Shown piece after piece: positions 48,828 to 60,020 of a DNA stretch of 64,000 nucleotides (its first letter is position 1; each line of letters begins with the position of its first letter). Source of the stretch: an uncultured Gemmatimonadales bacterium (lineage in GTDB: Bacteria > Gemmatimonadota > Gemmatimonadetes > Longimicrobiales > RSA9); NCBI GenBank assembly GCA_963798085.1, contig CAWCRS010000001.1:32001-96000 (forward strand). Direction: 5' to 3'. The translations under genes were made by a program, and so were the position numbers. The notes under the pieces were generated by a model. That model had not been told where the DNA came from. It did no database searches and saw only the letters and a program-made list of their open reading frames with translations.

Positions 48828-51059
48828 ATGCCTGCAAGCCTGACGTTCCCCGGTGTTTACCTCGAAGAATTGCCCAGCGGCGTTCGCACGATCACCGGCG
48901 TGGGCACATCGCTGGCCGCGTTCCTCGGCTTTACGCCGCGCGGCCCCGTGAATCGTGCGGTGCGCGTGCAGAGCTTCGCCGATTTCGAGCGCAGCTTCGG
49001 CGGGCTCAGCACGGCCAGTCCGCTCGGGCACGCGGTGCGACAGTTCTTCCTGAACGGCGGCGCCGACGGCTATGTGGTGCGCGCCGCGGCGGGCGCACAG
49101 ACCGCGAGCGTGCAGCTGCTCGACACGGGCGGCAATCCCTCGCTCGAGGCCACGGCCTCGTCGCCGGGCGCCTGGGGCAACTTCCTCCGCCTGACAGTCG
49201 ATTACGCCACCGCATCGCCCGAGAGCACGTTCAACCTGCGCGTGACCGAGCTGGTGCTGGACGGCGGCACGCCGCGTGTGGGACGCGCGGAGAACTTCGG
49301 CGGCCTCACCATGAACAGTCTGGCCGCGAACTACGCGGTCGACGTAGTGAACGCCGCTTCACAGCTGATCCAGCTCACGCGTCTGGCGGGCGCAGCGGCC
49401 AATGCGGGCACGGCGTTCAGCGGCCCGATCGTGGCCGCTGACCTGGCCGCGCTCGACGCGGGCCACAACCGCCTGGCCGTCTTCGTCAACGGACAGGGTC
49501 CGTTCGAGGTAGCGCTGGCGCTGCCGGTCGCCGATGTCGCGGATCTCGCGAACAAGATCACGACCGGCCTGAACGCGACCGGCGATCCGCTGGCCGCGGG
49601 CGTCACCGTCTCCGCCGCGGGCAGTCGCATTCAGCTCACGTCGGGCACGACGGGTGACGACTCGACGCTTCGCGTGGGTCCCGCCAGCACCAATAATGCA
49701 TCCATCAGGCTGCACTTCGGCGTGATCAATGGCGGTCGCGAAGTCAATGCGGCGGGCGTGATCCGTCCCTCGCCCAGCGGCACGACAGGCGGCGCCGCCA
49801 TTGACACGGCCACGGTGGCGACCGGCCCGCTCGACGTCACGGTCACGCCGCGTGTGGGCGGCGCGGCCACCGACACGCTCGCGCTCACCGTTCCCCCGCA
49901 GCCGCTGACCGCGGCGCAGGTGCGCACCATTGTCGAGCAGGCCCTGCGTGCGGCCACACGCCCGGCGCTGCGCACAGCCACGGTCGCGCTGGTGGATAAC
50001 AGACTTGTCATCACTGCCGCCAATGACGATGCCACCCGCCTCGGCTTCGGCAACACGCTGGCGGCACCGCTCGGTCTGACGGGCGGCACCAGCAATGTTG
50101 CCATGTATGCGCTGGGCACCGGTCCGACAGCGGGGCAGCAGGTGCAGGGCACGTCGGGTTTCGATGGCAATCCGCCTTCGCCTGCCGACCTGATCGGCAG
50201 CCGCGCCGCACGCACCGGCCTCTACGCGCTCGAGGGCGTCGACCTCTTCAACATCATGCTGGTGCCCGGCGAAACCTCGAACGCAGTGTTATCCGAGGCG
50301 CTGGCCTACTGCACCGAGCGCCGCGCCATGCTCATTGTCGATCCGCCGCAGAATGCGCAGTCGGTGGATGATGCGACGACGTGGCTCGACTCGATCGGCG
50401 CCCTGCGCAGCCGCAACGCGGCCGCCTACTTCCCGTGGGTCTCGCTGGAGGATCCGGTGCGCGGCTTCCGTCCCACCGGCTTCCCGCCCTCGGGCACCGT
50501 GGCCGGCGTCTGGGCGCGCACGGATACCGAGCGCGGCGTGTGGAAGGCACCCGCCGGCACCGACGCCAGCCTGCGCGGCACCATCGGCCTCGCCAGCACG
50601 CTGACCGACGCGCAGAACGGCGTGCTCAATCCGCTCGGCCTCAATGTGCTGCGCACACTGCCCGTGTTCGGCTCCGTGGTCTGGGGCGCGCGCACACTGC
50701 GCGGCGCCGACCAGATGGCCGACGAATACAAGTACATCCCGGTGCGCCGCCTCGCGCTGTTCCTCGAGGAAAGTCTGTTCCGCGGCCTGCAGTGGGTGGT
50801 GTTCGAGCCCAATGATGAGCCGCTCTGGGCGCAGATCCGTCTCAATGTCGGCGCCTTCATGCAGACGCTGTTCCGCCAGGGCGCATTCGCCGGCACATCG
50901 CCACGCGACGCCTATTTCGTGAAGTGCGACAGCGAGACGACGACGCAGAACGACGTGAATCTCGGTGTGGTGAATGTGGTCGTCGGATTCGCGCCGCTCA
51001 AGCCGGCGGAATTCGTCGTTATCAAGATCCAGCAGATGGCCGGCCAGGTGCAGACCTGA
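48828..51059 (+). CDS. Contractile tail sheath protein (Afp2/3/4-like)
   Basis: FPGVYLEE, GVWKAPAG, VWGARTL, YIPVRR, WVVFEPN, VGFAPLKPAEFV. Confidence 0.96.
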   Translation: MPASLTFPGVYLEELPSGVRTITGVGTSLAAFLGFTPRGPVNRAVRVQSFADFERSFGGLSTASPLGHAVRQFFLNGGADGYVVRAAAGAQTASVQLLDTGGNPSLEATASSPGAWGNFLRLTVDYATASPESTFNLRVTELVLDGGTPRVGRAENFGGLTMNSLAANYAVDVVNAASQLIQLTRLAGAAANAGTAFSGPIVAADLAALDAGHNRLAVFVNGQGPFEVALALPVADVADLANKITTGLNATGDPLAAGVTVSAAGSRIQLTSGTTGDDSTLRVGPASTNNASIRLHFGVINGGREVNAAGVIRPSPSGTTGGAAIDTATVATGPLDVTVTPRVGGAATDTLALTVPPQPLTAAQVRTIVEQALRAATRPALRTATVALVDNRLVITAANDDATRLGFGNTLAAPLGLTGGTSNVAMYALGTGPTAGQQVQGTSGFDGNPPSPADLIGSRAARTGLYALEGVDLFNIMLVPGETSNAVLSEALAYCTERRAMLIVDPPQNAQSVDDATTWLDSIGALRSRNAAAYFPWVSLEDPVRGFRPTGFPPSGTVAGVWARTDTERGVWKAPAGTDASLRGTIGLASTLTDAQNGVLNPLGLNVLRTLPVFGSVVWGARTLRGADQMADEYKYIPVRRLALFLEESLFRGLQWVVFEPNDEPLWAQIRLNVGAFMQTLFRQGAFAGTSPRDAYFVKCDSETTTQNDVNLGVVNVVVGFAPLKPAEFVVIKIQQMAGQVQT

Positions 51060-51098
51060 GTCGGGACTGTCGGCAAGTAATCTCGTCGGAGGCCGGTC

Positions 51099-51626
51099 AT
51101 GGCACAGTTCACGGTCAATGCCACGCGCTTCGATCCCTACAAGAACTTCAAGTTCCGCGTGAAGTGGGATGGTCGATACGTCGCGGGCGTGAGCAAGGTC
51201 GGTTCGCTCAAGCGCACCACGGAAGTGGTGAAGCACCGCGAGGGCGGCGATCCCAGCTCGAGCCGGAAATCCCCCGGTCGCACGGAATTCGATGCCATCA
51301 CGCTGGAGCGCGGCGTGACACACGACACCGAGTTCGAGAAATGGGCCAACAAGGTGTGGAACTTTGGCTCGGGCCTGGGCGCGGAGACGTCGCTGCGTGA
51401 TTTCCGCAAGGACGTGATCCTCGAGGTCTACAATGAAGCCGGTCAGCTGGTGCTGGCCTACAAGATCTTCCGCTGCTGGGTCTCCGAATTCCAGGCGCTG
51501 CCGGACCTCGACGCCAACGCCAATGCTGTCGCCATCCAGCACATCAAGCTGGAGAACGAAGGCTGGGAGCGTGACTACAATGTGGTCGAGCCGCAGGAGC
51601 CCAGCTTCACTGAACCGCTGACGTAG
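51099..51626 (+). CDS. Tail tube protein (T4 gp19/Afp1-like)
   Basis: RFDPYKNFKFRVKWDG, HREGG, PGRTEFDAITLERG, LENEGWE. Confidence 0.95.
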   Translation: MAQFTVNATRFDPYKNFKFRVKWDGRYVAGVSKVGSLKRTTEVVKHREGGDPSSSRKSPGRTEFDAITLERGVTHDTEFEKWANKVWNFGSGLGAETSLRDFRKDVILEVYNEAGQLVLAYKIFRCWVSEFQALPDLDANANAVAIQHIKLENEGWERDYNVVEPQEPSFTEPLT

Positions 51627-51628
51627 TC

Positions 51629-52420
51629 GTGGGGCGCAGTACGAGTCCGTCCGATCTGCTGCGCGTCTGGGAACGAGGCGATTCGCGCCCGCTGCCCGAG
51701 CGCGCGCTCGAGCTGCTGGCGCTCGCGCTGCCGGACGCACCGTGGGACGAGCTCGCCGCCCTGTCCTTGGCCGCGCGCGATCGCGAACTGCTGCGGCTGC
51801 GCGCGGCGCTGTTCGGCGAATCGCTCGATGCCACCGCCCGCTGTCCCGCGTGTGCGGGCACGGTCGCGTTCCGCACGACAGTTCCGGAGATGCTGCGCGC
51901 CCTCTCCGGCGACGCACCGGTTCAGCGGCTGGATCTGGAAGGCGACACGTTCCGGGTCCGGCCACCGAACGCGCTCGACCTCGTCCTCGCCGCACGCTGC
52001 GCCGATGCCGCTGCCGCCACCCGCCTGGTCATGCAACGTTGTGTTAGCACAGACACCGGTGCACCGGACGACGGCAGCATGACGGCGGGGGCAGGCGCGG
52101 ACGGAGCAGGTCCGGCGGCCCGGGATAACGGCTGGTTTGACGGATTGCCGGATGCCGCGCAGGCTGCCCTTGCCGCGGCCATGGATCGCGTCACCGAGCC
52201 CGCTTCCCTGCAGATCGCACTGGCTTGCGCGGACTGTGGCGCGCATGTGCCGGTGGAGTTCGACATTGTCCCTTTCCTCTGGCGCGAAGTCGCCGCCGAG
52301 GCGAAGCGGCTCGCGAGTCAGGTCGTGCTGCTGGCCCGGGCCTTTGCCTGGCGCGAACGCGACATCCTCGAGCTCTCCGCCGCCCGCCGCCGTCTCTACC
52401 TCGAGCTGGCAGGCGGCTGA
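51629..52420 (+). CDS. Conserved eCIS protein with two CxxC pairs (baseplate-hub/assembly-chaperone-like)
   Basis: CPAC and CADC motifs; FRVRPPN; C-terminal LARAFAWRERDIL.LS..RR..YLEL. Confidence 0.7.
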   Translation: MGRSTSPSDLLRVWERGDSRPLPERALELLALALPDAPWDELAALSLAARDRELLRLRAALFGESLDATARCPACAGTVAFRTTVPEMLRALSGDAPVQRLDLEGDTFRVRPPNALDLVLAARCADAAAATRLVMQRCVSTDTGAPDDGSMTAGAGADGAGPAARDNGWFDGLPDAAQAALAAAMDRVTEPASLQIALACADCGAHVPVEFDIVPFLWREVAAEAKRLASQVVLLARAFAWRERDILELSAARRRLYLELAGG

Positions 52421-53199
52421 TGGGCGCGCTCGATCGTCTGGTCTCGCGCACCCTGGAGAGCGCGCCCGTGGCCCGGCCCGTGCTGACACCACTGTTCGCA
52501 GCACCCGGCCCGCCGCCGCCATTGCCCGGCCTGCCCGTACCGGAGGCTCGCGGTGCCGTCCCTGCCGGTCGCGCAACCGCCGAGCCGCGGTCGAGCGATC
52601 GGCCGGCAGGCGCCCGCGCAGAGCGACTCTCGCTCGAGGAATGGCTCGACTCCCCGGCCCGGCAGGCCAGCGCATCCGACCGCTTCACGCGCGCGGTTTT
52701 GTCAGCGGGCGAGGCTGACGCGAATGTTGCGCGCCCGCGGGGTGCAGCGTGGGCGGATCCCGCAGAGAGTGCGGCTCACGTGGCGGCGGTACGCGAGACC
52801 GTGCCCACCGGGTCGGCGCCGCGTGCGCCCATCGCCGACGCCGTCACGCAGGGCGGCGATGCGGCGCAGGCCGCGCGTGGGTCGGCCGCCGAGGCGATCG
52901 ACAGGCTGGCCCGCCGCCTGGACGCGCGCGAAGCGCAGGATGGCGCACGCCCCGCTCCACGGATTGCAGGCGACGATGCCGCCTCGGCTCGCCGGCCCGC
53001 TGCCGCGAACCCGCCGGTCGTCTTCGAACAGTCCGTTAGCAGCGCTGCCGGCGCGCCTGCGGAAGCGCCGGTGGTGCGGGTGAGCATTGGCCGCGTGCTG
53101 GTGCGCGCCATCCTGCCGCCGCCTTCGCCTCGACCCGCGGCGCGACCGGGCCCGGCCGGACCCACGCTCGAGGAGTACCTGCGCGGAGGCCGGCGATGA
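52420..53199 (+). CDS. Pro/Ala-rich low-complexity eCIS protein
   Basis: Coupled to both neighbours; C-terminal VVRVSIGRVLVRA...TLEEYL. Confidence 0.65.
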   Translation: MGALDRLVSRTLESAPVARPVLTPLFAAPGPPPPLPGLPVPEARGAVPAGRATAEPRSSDRPAGARAERLSLEEWLDSPARQASASDRFTRAVLSAGEADANVARPRGAAWADPAESAAHVAAVRETVPTGSAPRAPIADAVTQGGDAAQAARGSAAEAIDRLARRLDAREAQDGARPAPRIAGDDAASARRPAAANPPVVFEQSVSSAAGAPAEAPVVRVSIGRVLVRAILPPPSPRPAARPGPAGPTLEEYLRGGRR

Positions 53200-54505
53200 G
53201 CAATGCGCTGTGCATTGCCACGGTCACGTCGACACTGCGGCGCGAACTGACGCTCGCACTGACGGCGAACGTGGCCGGTCGCGTGCCCAACACCACGGTC
53301 ACGACCCTGCGGCCGGACCGCGTGCAGAATCCGCTCGCCGATCCCACTGTCAATCTGTTCCTCTACGCGGTGACGCCGGACCCGTCGTTCCGCAACGTGG
53401 ATCTGCCCACGCGCAGCAGCAACGGCCGGCTGACGGCGGGAAACCGCGTCGCGCTCGACATGCACTACCTGCTCACGTTCCACGGCGATGATGCCACGCT
53501 CGTGCCGCAGCGGCTGCTGGCCATTACCGCGAGAACGCTGCACGCGCACCCCGTGCTGACGGCGCAGATGATCCGTGACACGGTGGCGGACGCGGCGACG
53601 TTTCCGTTCCTGGCCGGCGCCGACCTGGATCAGGCCGATGAGCCCGTGCGCATCACGCCCGCGCCGCTGACGCTCGAGGAGACATCGAAGTTCTGGGCCA
53701 TGTTCCCGCAGACGTCGGCCGCGCCATCACTGAGTTACATCGCGGCCGCCGTGCTGGTCGCTGCCGAGGCGCAGCCGGCGGCAGGACCGCCGGTACGGCT
53801 GCGCAATGTCTACGTGGTGCCGGCCGCACAGCCGTTCATCGAGCGCGTTACTGGGCCGGCCGGCATCAACGACCCGCTCGTCGCGAGCAGTACGCTGGTC
53901 ATCAGCGGACGTGCGCTGCGCGCCGATATCACACAGCTGCGCGTGGAGGCGGCCACCATCGATGTAGTGTCCAATCCAGCGGGCACGGAGATCCGCGTGC
54001 CGGTGCCCGCGACCGTACTCGCCGGACTGCGGGGCGCGCAGATCATCCAGCCGCAGCAGCTGGGCACACCGCCGGTGCCGCACCGCGGCATGGAATCCAA
54101 CGTCGCGCCGTTCCTGCTGCGGCCCGCGATCGCGCAGGACAATCCCGGCAACTTCCTGGTCTCGGCCGGCAACATCGTTGCGGGTGCGGGCAATCTGCGT
54201 ACGGCTGACATCACGTTCACCGTGACGCCCGCGGTGGGCAAGCGGCAGCGCATGCTGCTCTACCTGATCGAGCGGCTGCCGCCTGCGGATCGCGCGCCGC
54301 GCGTGTTCGCGGTCGTAGCGCCATCGCGTGACGTGCCGGCCGAACCTGAGACGCGCGCGGTGTTCACGCTCACGGCCGCGAACATCGAGGCCGGTGATTA
54401 CGTGGCCAGGCTGCAGGTGGATGGCGCCGACAGCACGTTCGTCGCCGACGCCGATCCGCAGAGCCCCACGTTCAACCAGTTCATTGCGCCCCGCGTGCAG
54501 GTCCC

Positions 54506-54509
<4 letters not shown>
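53196..54509 (+). CDS. DUF4255 / Pvc16-Afp16-like cap (tail terminator) protein
   Basis: MSNALCIATVTSTLR, VNLFLY.V, LDMHYLLT, LH.HPVL. Confidence 0.88.
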
Positions 54510-56508
<1,999 letters not shown>

Positions 56509-56512
<4 letters not shown>

Positions 56513-56808
56513 GCGCGCACGCCGCGACCCGCCGGCCACAGCATGGCTCGCCCTCTCGGCCGCCGCGGTACGAGCTGCACATCGAGGAAGTCGTACTCGA
56601 GGGCTTCGACTCGCTGCCGGAACGAGCACTGCGCACAGCAATCGAGCAGGAGCTGACTCGCCTGTTCCGCGAGCGCGGCGGGCGGGCGGGCGGGCGGGAC
56701 CTCGCAGTGGACCGCGTCGATGCGGGCGCCTTCCAGGCCACCAATGTGCGCGCCGCACCTCTGGGCGCCAGCATCGCAAACGCGGTGTTCGACGGGTTGC
56801 CACGATGA
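56509..56808 (+). CDS. Small eCIS-associated hypothetical protein
   Basis: ATGA-coupled on both sides; YELHIEEVVLEGF...AIEQELTRLF. Confidence 0.7.
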
Positions 56809-58079
56809 GTGAGCGCGCCGCCGTGCAGACTGCAACGCCCGTCCCGTCGAGTGCGGCACGCGCCGCTTCACCGGTGCGGCTGCTGCGCCGCAAGTGCGGC
56901 TGCGGCGGCGACCACGAAGGCGAGTGCGACGAGTGCAGGAAGAAGCGCATGGGCACCGTGCAGCGCTCGGCAATCGATGCCGCGTCGCTGGATCGCATTC
57001 CGCAAGAGGTCGACGAAGAGCTGGCGCGCGCCGGCACGACACTCGAGCCGGGTGTGCGCCGCTTCATGGAGCAGCGCTTCGGCCACGACTTCGGCACTGT
57101 GCGCGTGCACAGCAATGCGCGGGCCGCCGCGTCCGCTGATGCCGTGCGGGCACGGGCCTACACGGTGGGCTCTGACGTCGTGTTTGCCGCCGGCCAGTAC
57201 CAGCCGGAGACCGGTGAGGGGCGGCGCCTGCTGGCGCACGAGCTGACCCACGTCGTGCAGCAGTCGGGCAGTGCCTCGCCGGCCGCGGATTCCGCCACGG
57301 CGGAAGCCCGTGACGAAGCGGAAGCGGTGCGCGCCGAACACATGGTCGCGGCGTCGTCGCCTGCACCCGTTGCGGTTTCTTCCTCGCCCGGCAGCGCGCT
57401 GCGCCGGCAGGGTGGCGGCACGCAGGGGCAGCCTGCGCCGAAGAAGCCCAGCGCGATCGAGAAGCTTACGCACCTGACCTTCCATCTCGGTGATGCCACC
57501 TTCGAGATCGACCTGCCTTCCTCCGTCTCAGCGACCCTGCCCATTGAGCTGTCCGGCAGGACGAAGATCACGTTCGCGCTGAAAGGCACGACATCGGGCG
57601 CGTTCACCTTCACGGCCACGCTCGACGGCATTCCCCACGTGCGCATCATCGCGAAGGCCGGCGTCGAAGTGGGCGACAAGTCGAAGGCCACCGCGGGCAT
57701 CACGGTCGAAGCCACGCGCAAGGTCTGCCGCGTGAAGAACGAAGGCGAGATGCGCAAGGATCTGCAGAGTGCGGGCGACAAGCTCAAGAGCGCGATCGTC
57801 GACTTTCAGAAGCTGCCCGACGCCCTGGCGGGTGTGAGCGATGAGGTGGAGCGCGCGAAGATCATTGGTACGCGGGCGGGTGCAGTCGGCTCGGCCATTG
57901 GCGCAGTGAACAGCGCCATCGAGAAGGCGAAGGCGCCCTGCAAGGAGACGCCGGTGTTCTCGTTCGATTTCGGCGTGCAGGCGCCACTGCAGCCGGCGCA
58001 GCCGGACTTCTTCGGCCCCGGCTCCTCGGCGCCGCCCATGGGCCCATCCGTGGGCGCCACCTTCACGTGGCATTTCTAA
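56805..58079 (+). CDS. DUF4157 (eCIS core) protein with variable C-terminal domain; candidate effector
   Basis: RKCGCGG..ECDEC; MEQRFGHDFGTVRVH, ARAYTVG, LLAHELTHVVQQ; ends in GATFTWHF. Confidence 0.9.
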   Translation: MSERAAVQTATPVPSSAARAASPVRLLRRKCGCGGDHEGECDECRKKRMGTVQRSAIDAASLDRIPQEVDEELARAGTTLEPGVRRFMEQRFGHDFGTVRVHSNARAAASADAVRARAYTVGSDVVFAAGQYQPETGEGRRLLAHELTHVVQQSGSASPAADSATAEARDEAEAVRAEHMVAASSPAPVAVSSSPGSALRRQGGGTQGQPAPKKPSAIEKLTHLTFHLGDATFEIDLPSSVSATLPIELSGRTKITFALKGTTSGAFTFTATLDGIPHVRIIAKAGVEVGDKSKATAGITVEATRKVCRVKNEGEMRKDLQSAGDKLKSAIVDFQKLPDALAGVSDEVERAKIIGTRAGAVGSAIGAVNSAIEKAKAPCKETPVFSFDFGVQAPLQPAQPDFFGPGSSAPPMGPSVGATFTWHF

Positions 58080-58083
58080 CGCC

Positions 58084-59043
58084 ATGTTGAGCGCCTGCCG
58101 CCTCCGTTGCAGCGCCGTCGCGCGCACGAGCGTAATGCCGGTGCTGCGCCGCACCTCGCATGCGCCGTTGATGCTGCACGGCGCAGTACGCGCCGCTGCC
58201 GATGGCGCCGCGAACGCTGCGCCGCTGCTCGCGCCCGCAACACACGATTTCGGACGCGTACTGGTGAGCAGCCGCGGTCATGGCGGCTTCGGTGATGGCG
58301 GCGACAAGCCGGTGGTCGCGGACAAGGGCAAGGAAGGCGAGCAGGGCAAGGACGCCGGCCCGGGCTCCGCAGGAACGCCGGCACCACCCGTCACATGCGT
58401 GCCCGACAAGGCGCTCGACTTCACGGACTACACGGGCACCGCACCGTCGGGCACGGGACACGCCGGCAAGACCACGTACGACTTCAATGTCGTGAGCGGC
58501 ACGGGCGGCGATGTCATCCAGGCGAAGTTCGCTGGCGCCAGCTCGTGGCTGCGGTCCGACGTCCTCAACGGCGGCGACCGCAATGCCAACGGCTGCGCCG
58601 GTATAACAACGGATTGCGAGGCCAGCTTCACCCAGGAAGGCGACTATTACGAGCTGGATTCGCGACCCGTCCCGGGGTGCGCCGCGAGCGAGCGCTACCC
58701 GGCCGGCACGAAGGCGATGAAGAAGAGCGAGTGCCGCTCCAAAGTCGAACCCGTGTGCATGACAACGAAGAAGAAAGAGGCCGCGCGCGTGCTGCACCAT
58801 GAGCAGAGGCACCTCGACCTGGGCTGCGCGCTGGCCGCCATGGGCACGGCCGCCATTGCCGCGGGCAGCAGCTCGAGTGCAGCGCTGGACCAGGTCAAGT
58901 ACACGGATGGTGTGCTGACCGCGAAATACGACAGCGAAGCGAAGAACGGTTGTGATGCCACTGCGCAGACCAAGTGGGACACCGAGATCGGCGGCGGACT
59001 GCCGTCGTACAAACTCATGACGAGGCCGAAGAAGAAGAAATGA
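58084..59043 (+). CDS. Cys-rich DUF922-like putative zinc metallopeptidase; candidate effector; start uncertain
   Basis: LDFTDYTG.AP, SSW, VLHHEQRHLD, YDSE.KNG....Q.KW; N-terminal HDFGRV. Confidence 0.7.
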   Translation: MLSACRLRCSAVARTSVMPVLRRTSHAPLMLHGAVRAAADGAANAAPLLAPATHDFGRVLVSSRGHGGFGDGGDKPVVADKGKEGEQGKDAGPGSAGTPAPPVTCVPDKALDFTDYTGTAPSGTGHAGKTTYDFNVVSGTGGDVIQAKFAGASSWLRSDVLNGGDRNANGCAGITTDCEASFTQEGDYYELDSRPVPGCAASERYPAGTKAMKKSECRSKVEPVCMTTKKKEAARVLHHEQRHLDLGCALAAMGTAAIAAGSSSSAALDQVKYTDGVLTAKYDSEAKNGCDATAQTKWDTEIGGGLPSYKLMTRPKKKK

Positions 59044-59699
59044 GCACGTTCCCCGGTTCACCGCGTGTGCTCAAGGCGGGCCTCGTGCTGCTGGATCCGG
59101 ACACGGCCGCGGTGCAGCGCGTCATTGTGCTGCAGTACAACCCGGACTCGCTGTCGCGCACACTGCAGATCCAGTCGGTGGGCGGCACCGAGGCGGAGCG
59201 CTCCGATGTCGTGCGGCTCAAGGCGCCGCCCATCGAGACGTTCAAGCTGGATGCCGAGCTGGATGCGACCGACCAGCTCGAGCATCCCGACCAGAATCCG
59301 AACGCGGTGGAGGTCGGCATCCTGCCCGAGCTGGCCGCGCTGGAAACACTGCTCTATCCCACGAGCAGCCGGCTGCAGACGGTCGATGCGCTGGCGAGGT
59401 CCGGCACGCTCGAGATCACGCCGCAGGAGGCGCCGCTGGCGCTGCTGGTGTGGAGCCGCGAGCGCGTGGTGCCGGTGCGCGTCACGGACTTCAGTGTGAC
59501 CGAGGAAGCCTTCGATCCCTCGCTCAATCCGCTGCGCGCCAGGGTCAGCCTCGGATTCCGCGCGCTGAGCATTGCCGACCTGCCTTCCGGCCACCGCGGC
59601 GCCACGCTGTTCCTGAGTTATCTGCAGCGCAAGGAACGGCTGGCGCAGCGCAGTCCCTCTCGCCCGCTCGGCTCGCTGGGCGTGGAATCGATCTCGTGA
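59040..59699 (+). CDS. CIS tube-initiator-like protein (Afp7 N-terminal equivalent)
   Basis: LQYNPDSLSRTL, ELDATDQLE, LVWS..RVVPVRVT.FSVTEEAFDP.LNP. Confidence 0.8.
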   Translation: MSTFPGSPRVLKAGLVLLDPDTAAVQRVIVLQYNPDSLSRTLQIQSVGGTEAERSDVVRLKAPPIETFKLDAELDATDQLEHPDQNPNAVEVGILPELAALETLLYPTSSRLQTVDALARSGTLEITPQEAPLALLVWSRERVVPVRVTDFSVTEEAFDPSLNPLRARVSLGFRALSIADLPSGHRGATLFLSYLQRKERLAQRSPSRPLGSLGVESIS

Positions 59700-59708
59700 G
59701 GAGGCCGG

Positions 59709-60020
59709 ATGCTGCCGCCTGACAGCCGCTACAGCACGATTTCCACCGCCACGTACACCCGCGCGGATGGCGTGACAATCGTGTACCTGCGACGCCGGTT
59801 GTTGCCCGATCCGGAACGGCTCGCGCAGATCGCCCTGCACGCCGTGGTCGCGGGCGAGCGCCCCGACCTGGTCGCCGCACGTTATTACGCTAACCCGGCC
59901 TTATGGTGGCGCATCGCCAATGCCAATGGCGTGCACGATCCCGCCGAGCTGACCGATACGCCCGGAAGGCGGCTGCGCATCACGCTGCCCGAAGGCATTC
60001 CGGGGCCGGCCCATGCGTGA
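59709..60020 (+). CDS. LysM / tail-X-like protein
   Basis: SRY, YLRRR, GERPDLVAARYY....WWRIANAN. Confidence 0.85.
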   Translation: MLPPDSRYSTISTATYTRADGVTIVYLRRRLLPDPERLAQIALHAVVAGERPDLVAARYYANPALWWRIANANGVHDPAELTDTPGRRLRITLPEGIPGPAHA

